Assembly: GCF_006345805.1 (NCBI RefSeq)
Contig: NC_042997.1
Location: 189,782,001 to 189,846,000, forward strand
Source: Octopus sinensis
Taxonomy: Eukaryota
Direction: 5' to 3'
DNA: 64,000 nucleotides
Shown: piece by piece, positions 12,766-26,468 of the stretch
Layout: each line of letters opens with the position of its first letter
Numbering within the stretch: position 1 is the first letter of the stretch
Translations under genes and position numbers: made by a program
The notes under the pieces: generated by a model
What the model was told of the DNA's origin: nothing
The model's database searches: none
What the model saw: only the letters and a program-made list of their open reading frames with translations

Positions 12766-13847
12766 AATATAAAAACAGTTTGTTATTGAAATTTTGCATT
12801 AGTATGAAGTTAACAGAACTTTAATGCCAGTCCTTGCAAATTCATGGAAAATAGCTGACTTTTCCTAGGTTTTAACAGAAAACGATATAAACTGTGATCA
12901 TCTTCTTTCACAATATTTATGTTTATAATATTCATGCTTATTCGGATGTCCTATCCGAATCAAGAACGACAACTGAGAAAAAAGTGGTATTCATCGTCAA
13001 GTAGAAAAGAAATGAAAACATAAAATATAAAAACAAAATAAACAAACAGGGATTTGCAATGGGTTGCGTATATTTACAGAGGAGTTACGTCCACATTGTA
13101 ACTCGATAGTTTTTCAATGCAGATTAGAAGCGAAAAATGAAAAGGTAAATTTTGTTAGAAATAGTTGAAAAGAGTTAATATTATTTTGATTTTTTGAAAG
13201 TTCAAGTAGAAAAAATATCTAAGTCATTGATTCTCTTGAAAAAAAAAAAGCATATATGTATATATATAAAAGAAAAACTATGTCGAAAACAAAAGAAAAA
13301 ATACACAACTACTTTCAGAGTATTCAACCTAATGTGAAGTCTGTCTCGGTAAGTAAGAAAATGCAGATAAAGAGTGCCGGAAGATATAGCTAACAAATGC
13401 TGTATAACAAACATAGGAGAGATGTTAAAAGCGATGTGAGAAAGATAACAGCCAGAACAGAAGCTAAAGGGAACACATATAGCGAATATAACCTCAGGAT
13501 ACCTTTCAAGGTAAACTGAAATAATTGAGAAAATGTTTTTTGGAATTTCGCTGAATGGTAAGCGATCACTCTCTAGTAATACTTCCCGCGTTCTGACGCA
13601 CTCTCCCATCCAGCTTCCGCAAGTCCGTCTGTCTGTCTGTCTGCCCACCTGCCTGTTTGCGCGCGCGCGCTTGTATGTGTGTTTTTCATCTTGTGCGTGT
13701 ATATGTGTATATATAAGCAGAACACGTATCTTCAGTCAATGTTGCATTGTAACTCAGTCTGGGATTGACTTGCTGCAAATAAAGAGACATACATTCATAC
13801 GTTTCTTCGTATACATATATACACGTACACACGCATACACACACACA

Positions 13848-13902
<55 letters not shown>

Positions 13903-14034
13903 AACACACACACACACATCTAAATAGATAGATTGATAGAACTTACTTGAGAATGGCTGCGTGGCATTCATTCATATAACAATGTGAATAATATATATAT
14001 ATATATATATATATGTAAATGTAATATATGACAA

Positions 14035-14152
14035 TTATTCGGTAGCCATGATAAAACTCCGAGTTTCGATGGCCGGATAACTGAAGAGATGTCGGCGTGG
14101 ATTTCCACCTCGGCATCCGAAACTCGGGAGTTTTATCATGGCTACCGAATAA
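14035..14152. repeat. Inverted repeat (about 40-bp arms) enclosing a hammerhead
   Basis: TTATTCGGTAGCCATGATAAAACTCCGAGTTTCG versus CGAAACTCGGGAGTTTTATCATGGCTACCGAATAA. Confidence 0.9.
14076..14137 (+). ncRNA. Type I hammerhead ribozyme motif, canonical core, GUU site
   Basis: gataa-CTGAAGA-gatgtcg...cggcatcc-GAAA-ctc-gg-gag-TT-ttatc; stems I, II and III all pair. Confidence 0.75.
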
Positions 14153-14499
14153 TTACATTTACAGATAAATTCCTCTATTTTATAATATCGAGGCCTCTTT
14201 CTTTCTTTTGTTGTCTTACCATTTTATCAATACACACACACACACACACACCATATATATATATATGCATATATAAATACATACATGTACATACTTACAT
14301 ATATATGTATATACACATACATATATGGGTACAGGACGTCAAAAAACGTACACAACATGGAAAACGGGAACATGAAATACAAAAACATGAAAACGAACTT
14401 TTTTGCGAACAACAAAAGCAACAAATGGAAAAACAAGACAGGCAGCATAAAGAACAATCCCTTCATCAGTTGTCCACTGTTTTATCTACTCCGCATTAT

Positions 14500-15360
<861 letters not shown>

Positions 15361-16220
15361 TATGTATATTTATTATTTTAGGCTAGTGATACACACATTT
15401 ATAAATATATAATATGAAAATGCATTTACATGTATGTCTCTATATATGTTTGTATATATATATATTTATATATATTATATACTCTCTTACGTACGTATAT
15501 GATTACACGTATACTTATCTATAAACATTCGAATTAAATTTAGGTGCACATGCACTCGCACACACTCATAACGCACACACACACACACACACAGACACAC
15601 GCACCGGCGCGCGCTTATCCATATTTTGTTTTATTTCATTTGTAAATCTAAGCTGACAGTTTTGAGTATCAGTTGACCAAATCATCTAGATATTCTTCAG
15701 TCGGAAACAATCGTTCTGTCACGGAATACAGAACTAAGACAGTCGTTACACTTTAAGAAGACGTATAATGCTTTTGTAGAAATTTATGCTTGGCTAGTTA
15801 TTGTTTGCGTCAGTAGGCCTGGTTAATACTTTTTGGTCAAGCTGCCTTCTGTAACAATATGCTTAAGCTTGTTGTACCCAAGAAATTTGTCAATTTCTCT
15901 GAAGAATATAACGGAACTGAATGTCTAATCTCCCGATCTCTTTTCCTCTTTCAATCCCTCTCCGCCATCTTCTTTTCTTTTTCTTCTTGTACATCTCTTT
16001 CTTAGTCCACCTCTTTATCTTAATACATATTAAGAGTCTCTTCTCTTAATACATATGTCTACATACACTCATACACAACGAACACGTTCAGACACTTACA
16101 GAAATATGCATACACACACATATTCACCTTTCATGCATACACTAGTAGACCCGTATAGCAAAATTTATGCGTATTTATCCAGACCTTTCAAGCACACATA
16201 CAAACAAACATACATCTATG

Positions 16221-16307
<87 letters not shown>

Positions 16308-16346
16308 CTAGTCACAATGCGCTTCACATTGTTTTAGCCATCAAAT

Positions 16347-16525
16347 GACGCCACCCCGCTGGCTAAGCGAGCAGGCCAACAGAGGAAAGGGTGAGAGAAA
16401 GTTGTGGCGAAAGAGTACAGCAGGGATCTCCACCACACGCTACCGGAGTCTCGTGGAACTTTAGGTGTTTTCGCTCAATAAACACTCACAACCAATGGCC
16501 TTAACCACTAGGCCATTGCACCTCC
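16347..16525 (-). mobile_element. tRNA-headed SINE family 4 (related to the 59890 copy), internally deleted
   Basis: Shares GAGAGAAAGTTGTGGCGAAAGAGTACA...GTGGAACTTTAGGTGTTTT.GCTCAATAAACAC with 60005-60110. Confidence 0.75.
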
Positions 16526-16570
<45 letters not shown>

Positions 16571-17046
16571 AATATATGTATATATTTTGGTAGATATGCG
16601 TATATATGTATGCGCACACGACCACGTTCGTACACGTATAAATTTACAATACTCCTTTAGTGTATTATAAACAAGTTTGTCAACAGGGAATGACAGGAAC
16701 AGACACAAAAGCCAAAAATTAAACAAAATGAGACGCCGATCATCTATCTGTTGTTTATATCAACTTCAAAGAACAGGTGACTGCAATATTTCCTTACACA
16801 CACATACACACACACACGCATGCTCGCATAGACACACTCCCTCTTTCTATCTCTCTCTATGTCTTTATCTTGCTCTTTCTCTTTCGGTGTCTGGCTGTGG
16901 TGTCTCTCTCTCTCTCTCTGTCTCGCTCGCACACAAACAAGAAGAAAGTGAAATGAAATATATGAGTATTATTTGCGGTTTTGAAGTTATCCTTCTGTTG
17001 CTTGTCGACTAATTTTACCAGCACCACACATGCACACACGCAGAGC

Positions 17047-17115
<69 letters not shown>

Positions 17116-17145
17116 CATACATACATACATACATACATACATACA

Positions 17146-17179
<34 letters not shown>

Positions 17180-17201
17180 CATGTATATATAAATTTAAGA
17201 T

Positions 17202-17385
17202 ATACCACCACGTTGAAAATAGCAGTCAAAACTTGACTCTAAAACCACATTAAATGGTCATACAGCACCAGGAAGGTTTTTTTGCTAGTTTATTTTGCCT
17301 TTTTTGTCTTCTCTGCTCGTGGTATATGAACATTTAATGTGGTTTTAGAGTCAAGTTTTGACTGCTATTTTCAGCGTAGTGGTAT
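17202..17385. repeat. Inverted repeat, 55-bp arms, about 75-bp spacer (MITE-like or PLE inversion)
   Basis: 17202-17256 is the reverse complement of 17331-17385 with two mismatches. Confidence 0.8.
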
Positions 17386-17420
17386 CTCTTAGATACCCTA
17401 AATTATAATTTTATATATAT

Positions 17421-17808
17421 AGGCGCAGGAGTGGCTGTGTGGTAAGTAGCTTGTCTACCAGCCACATCGTTCCGGGTTCAGTCCCACTGCGTGGCACCTT
17501 GGGTAAGTGTCTTCTACTATAGCCTCGAGCATACCAAAGCCTTGTGAGTGGATTTGGTAGACGGAAACTGAAAGAAGCCTGTCGTATATATGTATATATA
17601 TATAAATATGCGTGTGTGTGTTTGTGTGTCTGTGTTTGTCCCCTAGCATTGCTTGACAATCGATGCTGGTGTGTTTATGTCCCCGTTACTAAGCGGTTCG
17701 GCAAAAGAGACCGATAGAATAAGTACTGGCCTTACAAAAAGAATAAAGGCGGTGCTCCAGCATGGCCGCAGTCAAATGACTGAAACAAGTAAAAGAGTAA
17801 AGAGTAAA
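17421..17808 (+). mobile_element. SINE family 1 with internal deletion
   Basis: Head and (GAGTAAA)n tail both present. Confidence 0.9.
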
Positions 17809-17944
17809 GTGTATATATATACATATATGTGTGTGTGTGTGTGCGTGTGGTTCAATACATGTACATGCACGCGTATCCACAAACAGACACACATATATGT
17901 ACATAATGCAGTTATATACAGACTCACATTCAACCTCCAAAAAA

Positions 17945-18075
17945 CATGGCAGGTATCAACCACCCGAGTCATTATACCGACTTGAACTTCTAACTTGTTC
18001 TCTCTTGAGGTCTCTGGATGAGACTTGAAATCAACTTGTACAAACACAAAGCAAAATCCAAGCAAACAATAATAA
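17945..18075 (+). mobile_element. LINE 3' end fragment with (AAT)n tail, possibly R4/Dong-like
   Basis: Homologous to 45170-45280 (-), which ends in a long (AAT)n run. The clade assignment is inference. Confidence 0.5.
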
Positions 18076-18089
18076 TTTCTACAAAGCTT

Positions 18090-18935
18090 GAAAATTTGGA
18101 GGGGTCGTTAGTGGATTCCATTGCCCCTAGTGCTCAACTGGTATTAATTTTATCGTCCCCGAAAGAATGAACGGATCTTTTCCTTTTGAACGGCACATGT
18201 CTACACAATTTCTAGTTAACTAAACACTTTAAAACTTCGTTTACTGGTAGAATGTGTCAAAATAAAACATTTTTTTCTCTTGGCTTTCTTGAGAAAATTG
18301 TAATTCGTTTGTTTAACGTAGTTTAATTTTTCGAATTTTAACCAATCAATTGCCTCTAATTGAGCTAAAATCCTTTGCTGCGACTAAAACTGAGACAACA
18401 TCCTGTCACTAACCCTAACCCTAACCCTAACCCTCACCCTCACCCTAACCCTAAATTTTAGCCTTTCGTTTTTTTTCTTAATTGTTAAATTAATTTAAGG
18501 ATAACAATTAAGAAAAAACAACGAAAGCAATGGAAAATAATTTAAACAATTTAAATTTAGGGTTAGGGTTAGGGTGAGGGTGAGGGTTAGGGTTAGTGAC
18601 AGGATGTTGTCTCAGTTTTTGACGCAGCAAATGATTTTAGCTCACTAGAGGCGATTCATTGGTTAAAATTCGAAAAATTAAACTACGTTAAACAAACAAA
18701 TTACAATATTCTCAAGAAAGCCAAGAGAAAAAAAATGTTTTATTTTGACACATTCTACCAGTATACGAAGTTTAAAAGTGTTTAGTTTACTAGAAATTGT
18801 ATTGACACGTGCCGTTCAAAAGGAAAAGATCCGAATGAACGGCAAAGTAGACCTTTGTGGAATTTGAACCGGAAGAAATACCGCTAAATATTTTTGTTCC
18901 ACATGTTAGCAAATTCTGCTAGCTTGCTGCCTTAA
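18090..18935 (-). mobile_element. SINE family 2 split by a foldback insertion
   Basis: SINE sequence ...CCCCGAAAGAATGAAC | GGCAAAGTAGACC... resumes after the insertion. Confidence 0.8.
18173..18832. mobile_element. Foldback DNA transposon (about 280-bp TIRs starting GGATC) with internal (TTAGGG)n and 8-bp TSD
   Basis: The arms 18173-~18457 and ~18553-18832 are inverted copies. GAATGAAC is duplicated at 18165-18172 and 18833-18840. CCCTAA/TTAGGG runs lie at the inner end of each arm. Confidence 0.9.
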
Positions 18936-19113
18936 CAATTATCATTATAGTAATCCTTTCTAGTATAGGCACAAGGCCTGAATTTTGGGAGACGGTTATA
19001 TCAATCCCAGTGCTCAACAGGTACTTATTTTATCGGTCTCGAAAGAATAAACGGCAAAGTCAGCCTTGACGGATTTTGAACTTAGAACATAATGGTGAAA
19101 GAGAGAGAAAGGT

Positions 19114-19220
19114 AGGCGCAGGAGTGGCTGTGTGGTAAGTAGCTTGCTTAACAACCACATGGTTCTGGGTTCAGTCCCATTGCGTGGCACTTTGGGCAAG
19201 TGTCTTCTACTATAGCCTCT
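19114..19220 (+). mobile_element. SINE family 1, 5' part
   Basis: Head match. Confidence 0.85.
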
Positions 19221-19334
19221 ACTATATATATCTGCATATGCAGGGGCGATGATACATGCAGATGAACGTATAAGTGAGCGTGTATGAGTGCATACGCATG
19301 CGAAGAAGGATTGTATATGTAACTGTCTATATAT

Positions 19335-19550
19335 CGGCGAGTGCAGAAAAAGTTAGCATGCCGGGCAGAAATACTTAGCGTTACGTTCTGAGTTCAAATT
19401 CCGCCGAGGTCGACTTTGCCTTTCATCCTTTCGGGGTCGATAAATTAAGTACCAGTTACGCAATGGGGCCGATGCATGCAATTGACTTAATCCGTTTGTC
19501 TGCCTTGTTTGTCCCTTCTGGTTAGCCCCTTGTGGATAAAAAAGAAATAA
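19335..19550 (+). mobile_element. SINE family 2 with LINE-like 3' tail
   Basis: Ends TTGTCTGCCTTGTTTGTCCCTTCTGGTTAGCCCCTTGTGGATAAAAAGAAATA. Confidence 0.85.
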
Positions 19551-19619
19551 TATACAGTAGTAATCTTCACCTAGATATTTTTCTCATATTACTAAGTACT
19601 GAACTGCTATTTCCTTAAT

Positions 19620-20460
19620 CCTTCATATCTTTGCCCCACAATTAGACTCCACTACTATACATTGTCATTCCTTTACTTCTTAACCCCCACCCCCACTCCT
19701 CTATCTTTTACACTATAATACCTTTCTCTCTCTTTCACCATTCATATCCCCACTCCTACTTTCAAATTATTTCCACTGACCACTGACTGATCTATATCCT
19801 AATTTTTCTTTTTTCTTTTTTCCTTATTCCCTTTATTCCTATCTTCAGGGTTTTTATTTTTTATTATTTTGTTATTTTTACTAATCTCCTGTCTCCTTTC
19901 TTTTTCATTTTTTCTTTCTTTCTTCTTTTTTCTCCCCCCTTTTTTTCTTTCTTTCATTCCTTTCTTCTTGTTTTCAATTTGACCTTACTAATACACTCCC
20001 TATTTCTAGATCATTTTAAATACAAACCTTTGACTCTGCAACACTATATATAAATTCTCTACTGGGAATGACCAAGTTTAAAAATCTGCTGGAATTCACT
20101 CATAAGGGAATCTTACATTGCTTACAAACTCTATATTTGGAAGGACTCATATTAAACTCTGTTGGACATTTGGACTTTACTTATAGGATATTGGAATATT
20201 GCATATATACCATTATGCCTATAAAATGCATTTACAACTTCAATGCCCATACATATCTTGCATCTATTTTCTTTCCTCTATCTCACTCTCTATTTTGTAT
20301 CACATCTAAACTAACTATGACTTAACTTTCCTCTCACACCGTCTCCGATGAAGGGATATAATTAATAAATATCCTAGAAACAGCTGTAAGACCTTCTATC
20401 TATAAATGCTCTAATATCTATAGAGCCTTGGGTTTTTTTATCTTATTACGCAAAATTTTT
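19620..20460 (+). mobile_element. Pyrimidine-rich PLE-like element ending in a hammerhead-bearing pLTR
   Basis: The hammerhead region resembles 63475-63522 (-), and the element ends next to (TA)n. The left boundary is uncertain. Confidence 0.5.
20341..20392 (+). ncRNA. Minimal type I hammerhead-like motif, U4C core (CCGAUGA), GUA site
   Basis: gtct-CCGATGA-agggata-loop-tatcct-a-GAAA-cagctg-TA-agac; stem III is palindromic. Confidence 0.65.
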
Positions 20461-20693
20461 TTATATATATATATATCTGCATTTAGGTATTAATATGTGT
20501 ATGTTTTTCTACATTGTATTTATCACAATATTAAGTCGAAAAACTGTAACGTTGAATGTGGAACATATGTATGTTTATTAATTTATATTATTTATATCAT
20601 TATGTATATGTATATTTATATGTATAGGAGTATGAGTATGTGCACTCATATGTATATGTTTATTATGGGTATGTACCCACACCTGTATAAGTA

Positions 20694-20820
20694 ATCTCCG
20701 AAGAAGCCTTAGGATATTTTTGTAAATGTCTCATTTATAACTACATATTGATCTACCATAAATGGCTAATATAAGTAAAATGAGACATACTTATCTGCAT
20801 GGCCGAAACAGCTGTAAGAT
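20694..20820 (+). ncRNA. Type I hammerhead-like motif, U4C core (CCGAAGA), about 100-nt extended stem II
   Basis: atct-CCGAAGA-a-gcc...(atgtctcattt/aaatgagacat)...ggcc-GAAA-cagctg-TA-agat. Confidence 0.6.
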
Positions 20821-21248
20821 GTAGTCTATATTTATATTTATGTGTACTTATATTTACATTCTCTTATACATATTCTACTTATTGTATAACATTACTCTTT
20901 TATGTACACTCCTTTATGTACACTGTTTTGTTCTACATCATTATGTTTAACCTTATAGTTTCTTATGTGGTGGTTTAATAAAGTATGTGATTGAGTATTA
21001 TCTGGTAATTGATATTTGATTTCGATGTATTTCTCCATTTTCTTATTTTGTATTATGAATTTGTGGTAAATCACTTTAATTTTGCCCATATAATACAGTA
21101 AATGAAATAATTGCATCGCAATTCTTAACATTTATGCATTAACTTTGTTGGGTACTTCACTGGCAGTATATTGGATATATGTTATCCCATGGAGGGTTGC
21201 ATTTACAACCCCTATCTCAATTTGTATATATATATATATATATATATA

Positions 21249-21705
21249 CAGTGTACATTTAAACACATAAGAAGTATCCGTCATTTGGATCCCTTTCACG
21301 CGAGAAGGAATAGCTAAAGTCTAAACCACTATTAGGGATAAAAACTCGAAGGGGATGAAAAATAAAAACATTTAACATCTGTCTCCTGGACCATGTTTTC
21401 AGACGTTTTTAGTAAATAAAATAAATTGAAAAATTATAATGTATAAGGAAGAGGAACATGCTGGATTTGCCTAGTACTTATATGTTTAATCTAGGCGTAC
21501 CTGTTTATGAAGACATCGCCTAGTAAATTATTTTATTTGCTAAATAAAAGGCTGAAACCATGGTCCAGGAGATAGATGGTACATGTTTTTATTTTTCATT
21601 CCCTTCGAGTTTTTATCCCTAATAGTGGTTTGGACTTTAGCTGTTCCTCCTAGCGTGAAAGCAAACCAAATGACGGATACCTCTTATGTGTTTAAATATA
21701 CACTG
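21249..21705. mobile_element. Tc1/mariner-type MITE
   Basis: TA|CAGTGT...ACACTG|TA with imperfect TIRs of about 170 bp. A partial copy lies near 56380-56465. Confidence 0.85.
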
Positions 21706-21771
21706 TATTTATATGAATAATATATAGCCTATTGACTAATTTTTCTACACACTAGGCCACAGGTAGTAAAA

Positions 21772-21833
<62 letters not shown>

Positions 21834-21904
21834 ATATATTATATATATATGTATGTATGCTATCTACCTACCTATCTATTTATCTTTCAACATTATATAT
21901 TATA

Positions 21905-22100
21905 TATAGTCGCCATGATAGATCGTTAGACACAACACACATTTTTTTCTCTCCTTGTTTCTCTCCTTGTTTTTTCTGTGTCCCTTCTGTAGAAGAGCGT
22001 AGGCTCGAAACGTGAAAGACTTTTTCTATTCCTGAGCGTTATACTAATACATCTGTTTGTTTTGTACACCACCTGTTTTCGTCTTTTGTTTTTTTTTTGT

Positions 22101-22105
<5 letters not shown>
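21905..22105 (+). mobile_element. PLE pseudo-LTR segment with inactivated hammerhead (21983-22019)
   Basis: CTGTAGA-a-gagc-gtag-gctc-GAAA-c-GTG. Same family as 12440-12715; the GUG triplet violates the NUH rule. Confidence 0.7.
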
Positions 22106-22152
<47 letters not shown>

Positions 22153-22164
22153 ATATATATATGT

Positions 22165-22224
<60 letters not shown>

Positions 22225-22244
22225 TATATATATATATTATATAT

Positions 22245-23071
22245 AATTTAAAAATACGATAAAATCTTTACAAGAATTTATCAAGTAGTTAGCGTGAAAA
22301 ACCTCATAAAAGAAAAAAACCATCAAATTTTCTCTTAATATATTTATTTATATCATATAGAGGGCATTACTATACATAAATGCCACACGCTGGAAGGGAC
22401 TCTTAAAGTTAAAACTACCAATATAAATAAACATACTGTTTTTAAAGGGCTCGCTTCGAGAGTTGCATTCCCTCGCATTCGATACGATGTATTTATTTAT
22501 TTTGGTAGTTTTGACTTTAAGAGTCCCTTCTAGCGTGTGGCATTTATGTATAGTAAAGCCCCCTATATAATATAAATCAATATATTTAAGAGGAAATTTG
22601 ATGTTTTTTCTTCCCTTACGAGGTTTTTCGTGCTAGCTACTTGATAAATTCTTATAAAGATTTTAACCCATTTTTAAATTGTAAATTTAACCGGAGTATA
22701 TTCAGTACTGAATTTTTATTCCGAATAAACACGTTGGACCAAGATGCAATTCGAAAAAACCCGCCCTTTCCATAGATGTATAAAGGTTGAACATTTCTAT
22801 ATGCTACGCTGGATACATTTGTTGTTCATCTGGTATGTTGATTTTCGTTCATTCGTTATAATCTTGAATTATGCTCGCACTGACGATTAAAGAGTGCATT
22901 TCTACACTATTTATGAAATCATATGATTTGCCGCTGAAATCTGTTTTTTAAAAGGATCGCTTCGTGAGTTGCATTCCCTCACATTTGATACGATGTGTTT
23001 ATTTATTTTGGTAGTTTTGACTTTAAGAGTCCTTTCCAGCGTGTGGCATTTATGTATAGTAATGCCCTCTA

Positions 23072-23075
<4 letters not shown>
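22245..23075. mobile_element. Inverted/partial-tandem repeat element (PLE-like arrangement)
   Basis: Arms ~22245-22432 and ~22488-22680 are inverted. A third direct copy of part of it lies at ~22940-23075. Both ends are flanked by (TA)n. Confidence 0.7.
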
Positions 23076-23108
<33 letters not shown>

Positions 23109-23754
23109 ATATATATATATATAATATATATATATATACTTGTAAGAAATATATATATATATATATATACTTGTAAGAAATGAATCCTTCATACCTTATT
23201 TCCGAATAAGAAATTAAGAAGAGATAAGCAGAAACACTAGAATAAACTAATTGATCGTGAGAAATTATTTTGTGTTGTTAGCTAACGCGTCAGCAGTCCA
23301 GTGGGACATGGAGTTTAACTCCTGGTTTGGTGTTTTGTCTGAGAAATAGAATCTTAAACATAAAATATCCCAATGGGAATTTTACTGATGCGCTGTGATA
23401 TATAACAATTAGAAAATAGGAAAATACACGGCGTTACTATTTAGTTGTTTCAACGGACTTTATCTTTCAACTGCTTTAGGAGACTACGAAAGGCCCTGGC
23501 AATTGCTATCCTCCCACAATCATTTTGATGGATAACTAAAGTGAGAAAAAATAGGGAGAGAGATACAAAAACGGCGAGACAAAAGAAATCTGAAAGAAAA
23601 AAATAAAATCATTATGAAAATGCATTGATATTAATGATGATTATGGTTATCAATCATATGACAAAGTGAGTTCTGATAGCAAAGATAAAATAAAAAACAA
23701 ACATCACCTCGATACCCACCAGGGCCAATACATCTTTTAATAATTATAATAATA

Positions 23755-24152
23755 GTTCCAAATATTGCCACAATTGCAGCAATTTTGGGGGAGGGAATGA
23801 ATCGATTACATCGACCCCACTGTTCAACTGGTGCTTATTTCATCGACCCCTAGAGGATGAAAAGTAAAGACGACCTCGGTGGAATTTGAACTCAGAACGT
23901 AGCGAGGGCGAAATACCTATTTCTTTAAACTACCCCCAAGGGGCTAAACACAGAGAGGACAAACATGGACAGACAAACGGATTAAGTCGATTATATTGAT
24001 CCCAGTGCGTAACTGGTACTTAATTTATCGATCCCGAAAAGATGAAAAGTAAAGTCGACTGCGGCGGAATTTGAACTCAGAACGTAACGGCAGACGAAAT
24101 ACCGCTAAGCATTTCGCCCGGCATGCTAACGATTCTGCCAGCTCGGTGCCTT

Positions 24153-24186
<34 letters not shown>

Positions 24187-24456
24187 TAATAGTAGTAGTA
24201 GTAGTAGTAGTAGTAGAGTAGTAGTAGTAGTAGTAGTAGCAGCAGCAGCAGCAGCAACAGCAAGGTAGCGAGCTGGCAGAAACGTTAGCACGCCTGGCAA
24301 AATGATTAGCGGTGTTTCGTCTGTCTTAACATTCTTAGTTCAAATTCCGCCGGGGTCGACTTTACCTTTCATCCGTTCGGGGTTGATAATTTAAGAATCA
24401 CTTGCGAACTGGGGTCGTTCTAATCGACTGCCCCACTCCTCCAAAATATCGGGCCT

Positions 24457-24508
<52 letters not shown>

Positions 24509-24715
24509 GTTTCAAATTTTGCTACAAGGCCAGCCATTTTTTGGGAGAGTACTAGTTAATTACATTGATCTCAGTGCTTAACTGGCACTTCAATTATCAA
24601 CCCCGAGAGGATGAAAGGCAAAGGTCTACCTCGGCGGAATTTGAACTCAGAACATGAAAACAAAATGTTGTTAAGCATTTTGTCCGGCGTGCTTAACGAT
24701 TCTGCCAGCTCGCAG
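23755..24715. mobile_element. Cluster of four SINE family 2 copies (-, -, +, -) separated by (TAA)n/(TAG)n/(CAG)n
   Basis: Repeated GGCGGAATTTGAACTCAGAAC / GTTCAAATTCCGCC matches. Confidence 0.85.
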
Positions 24716-24718
24716 CTT

Positions 24719-24793
<75 letters not shown>

Positions 24794-25010
24794 CAAAGAA
24801 AATAATTCCAAAAGTAATAATAACAAAAATAGATTATGATAATTATTGTTATGATTTCTCAATAAGAATAATCATTATATTTGCTATACGAGAGATACAC
24901 CCACATGTGTTGCTTACTATACAATATTTACACAAGCGTACAAGATCATACAATAACAAACATCAAGTGACGGTATAAATACAAAATATATGGTATATAT
25001 GTGTATATAT

Positions 25011-25044
<34 letters not shown>

Positions 25045-25045
<1 letters not shown>

Positions 25046-25500
25046 TCTAAGTCTCTCTAAAGGAGACTACGTCAGCGGTACTGGATATCAATAGTTATCG
25101 CCAAGCTAACATGGCAGTCCAGAAAAATAGGACGAATGCTGCCGTTGATTAGCTCCAACCGGTCATCGCCTCTAGTTAGCTATGTGACACACGAGCCTGT
25201 GTCCAGTATAACCTTCGAACAGAGGAGGTCAGCCGCTTCCACTTGTTGGTCTGGCATCTACAGACTAGTTTCAGGGTATTTGCCCCTTATCAATGTAGAG
25301 CAGCCGAATCCAGTAGGCGTCGCTACTGACCGTCTGTTCGAAGGATTATGTACCTAAAATTCAGTGGAATACATTCACTGGTTTTCAAAAATAGAGATAT
25401 TAATATTTCTAAGTCTCTGTAAAGGAGACTATATTTTTCTGGACTGCCATGTTAGCTTGGCGATAACTATTAATATCCAGTACTGCTGCCGTAGTCTACT
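25045..25500 (-). mobile_element. PLE-like element with 25-bp direct and 66-bp inverted repeats
   Basis: Direct repeats at 25045-25069 and 25407-25431, inverted repeats at 25064-25129 and 25432-25497, with a hammerhead between them. Confidence 0.75.
25257..25299 (-). ncRNA. Minimal type I hammerhead with U3:A8 core (UUGAUAA), GUC site
   Basis: tctaca-TTGATAA-gggg-caaata-ccct-GAAA-ctag-TC-tgtaga. Stem I is a perfect 6 bp and stem III is the palindrome CTAG. Confidence 0.8.
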
Positions 25501-25774
25501 CTAGTAGAATCTGGAGATTCTATTAGAGTAAATGCAAGCACTAATATATGAGTTATAAAAACGTGAAATATTAATAAAAATCTGTAAATATAAAGGCCAT
25601 CCAGATTTCTGAGTACCTTATTTCTGATATACATATATATATATAACCCACAAGAGTAAACAACAGAGACAGAGGCAGGCAGAAACAAGGAAAATGCCAC
25701 TTGTATTTGAACACTATGCATATATTCTTTAAAAAAACTTTTCTTTTAATTTTTCTAAATCTAATTGTTTAATT

Positions 25775-25818
25775 GTTACAGTTGAAAAAGTCTCAATGAC
25801 TGAAACTGGTACTGAAAT
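25775..25818 (+). ncRNA. Minimal hammerhead-like motif with U3:A8 core (UUGAAAA), GUA site
   Basis: gttacag-TTGAAAA-agtc-tcaat-gact-GAAA-ctgg-TA-ctgaaat. Stem I has one mismatch and stem III is an imperfect palindrome. Confidence 0.6.
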
Positions 25819-26139
25819 GTTTTTTATAAAATTATTTTATCATTTTCTATCTCTACTTTTTTGTCCATATATATATATATACGTGTTCTTTCTGAAGAAT
25901 TTCTAGTCGGATATATCGTAAAGGTTTCTCTAACATGTGCAATTTTGCAACTCCTAGTAGGAAATTAAACACGGGTAATGCTAAATAAACAATATGAGAA
26001 ATATTTTAAAATCTCGTGTATTTTCCAGTATTTTCAACTCTTATTCATACCTCACACAAATATATGATGCTGGGAAACGTCTTGTAGGGTTTAGTCGGAA
26101 AATTCGGTATCAGTACTTATTTATAACTACGGTATTTAT

Positions 26140-26468
26140 TCTTTAGGTCTCTTTAGCCGAGGCACTGAGCTATAGGGACGTAAACAAACCATCACCGTTT
26201 GTCGATCGGTGTCGAAACAAATACAAAGACACACAAACTCGTGCGCGCGTGCAACACACACACACACACACGCAAACACACACACACACACACAAACACA
26301 CACAAACATACAAAAGGCTTCCTCAAAGTTCTGTCTACCAAATTCACTTACATTGTACGAATCGGCCTGGAGCTGTAAATTCTTGGCCATTGTGCCGTGC
26401 AATGAGTCTGAACACGAACCTGAAACCACATGGTTGTAAGGAGATCGTCTTCTGCCACTACTCCTGCT
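26140..26468 (-). mobile_element. Diverged SINE family 1
   Basis: Degenerate matches to the head and central region. Confidence 0.7.
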
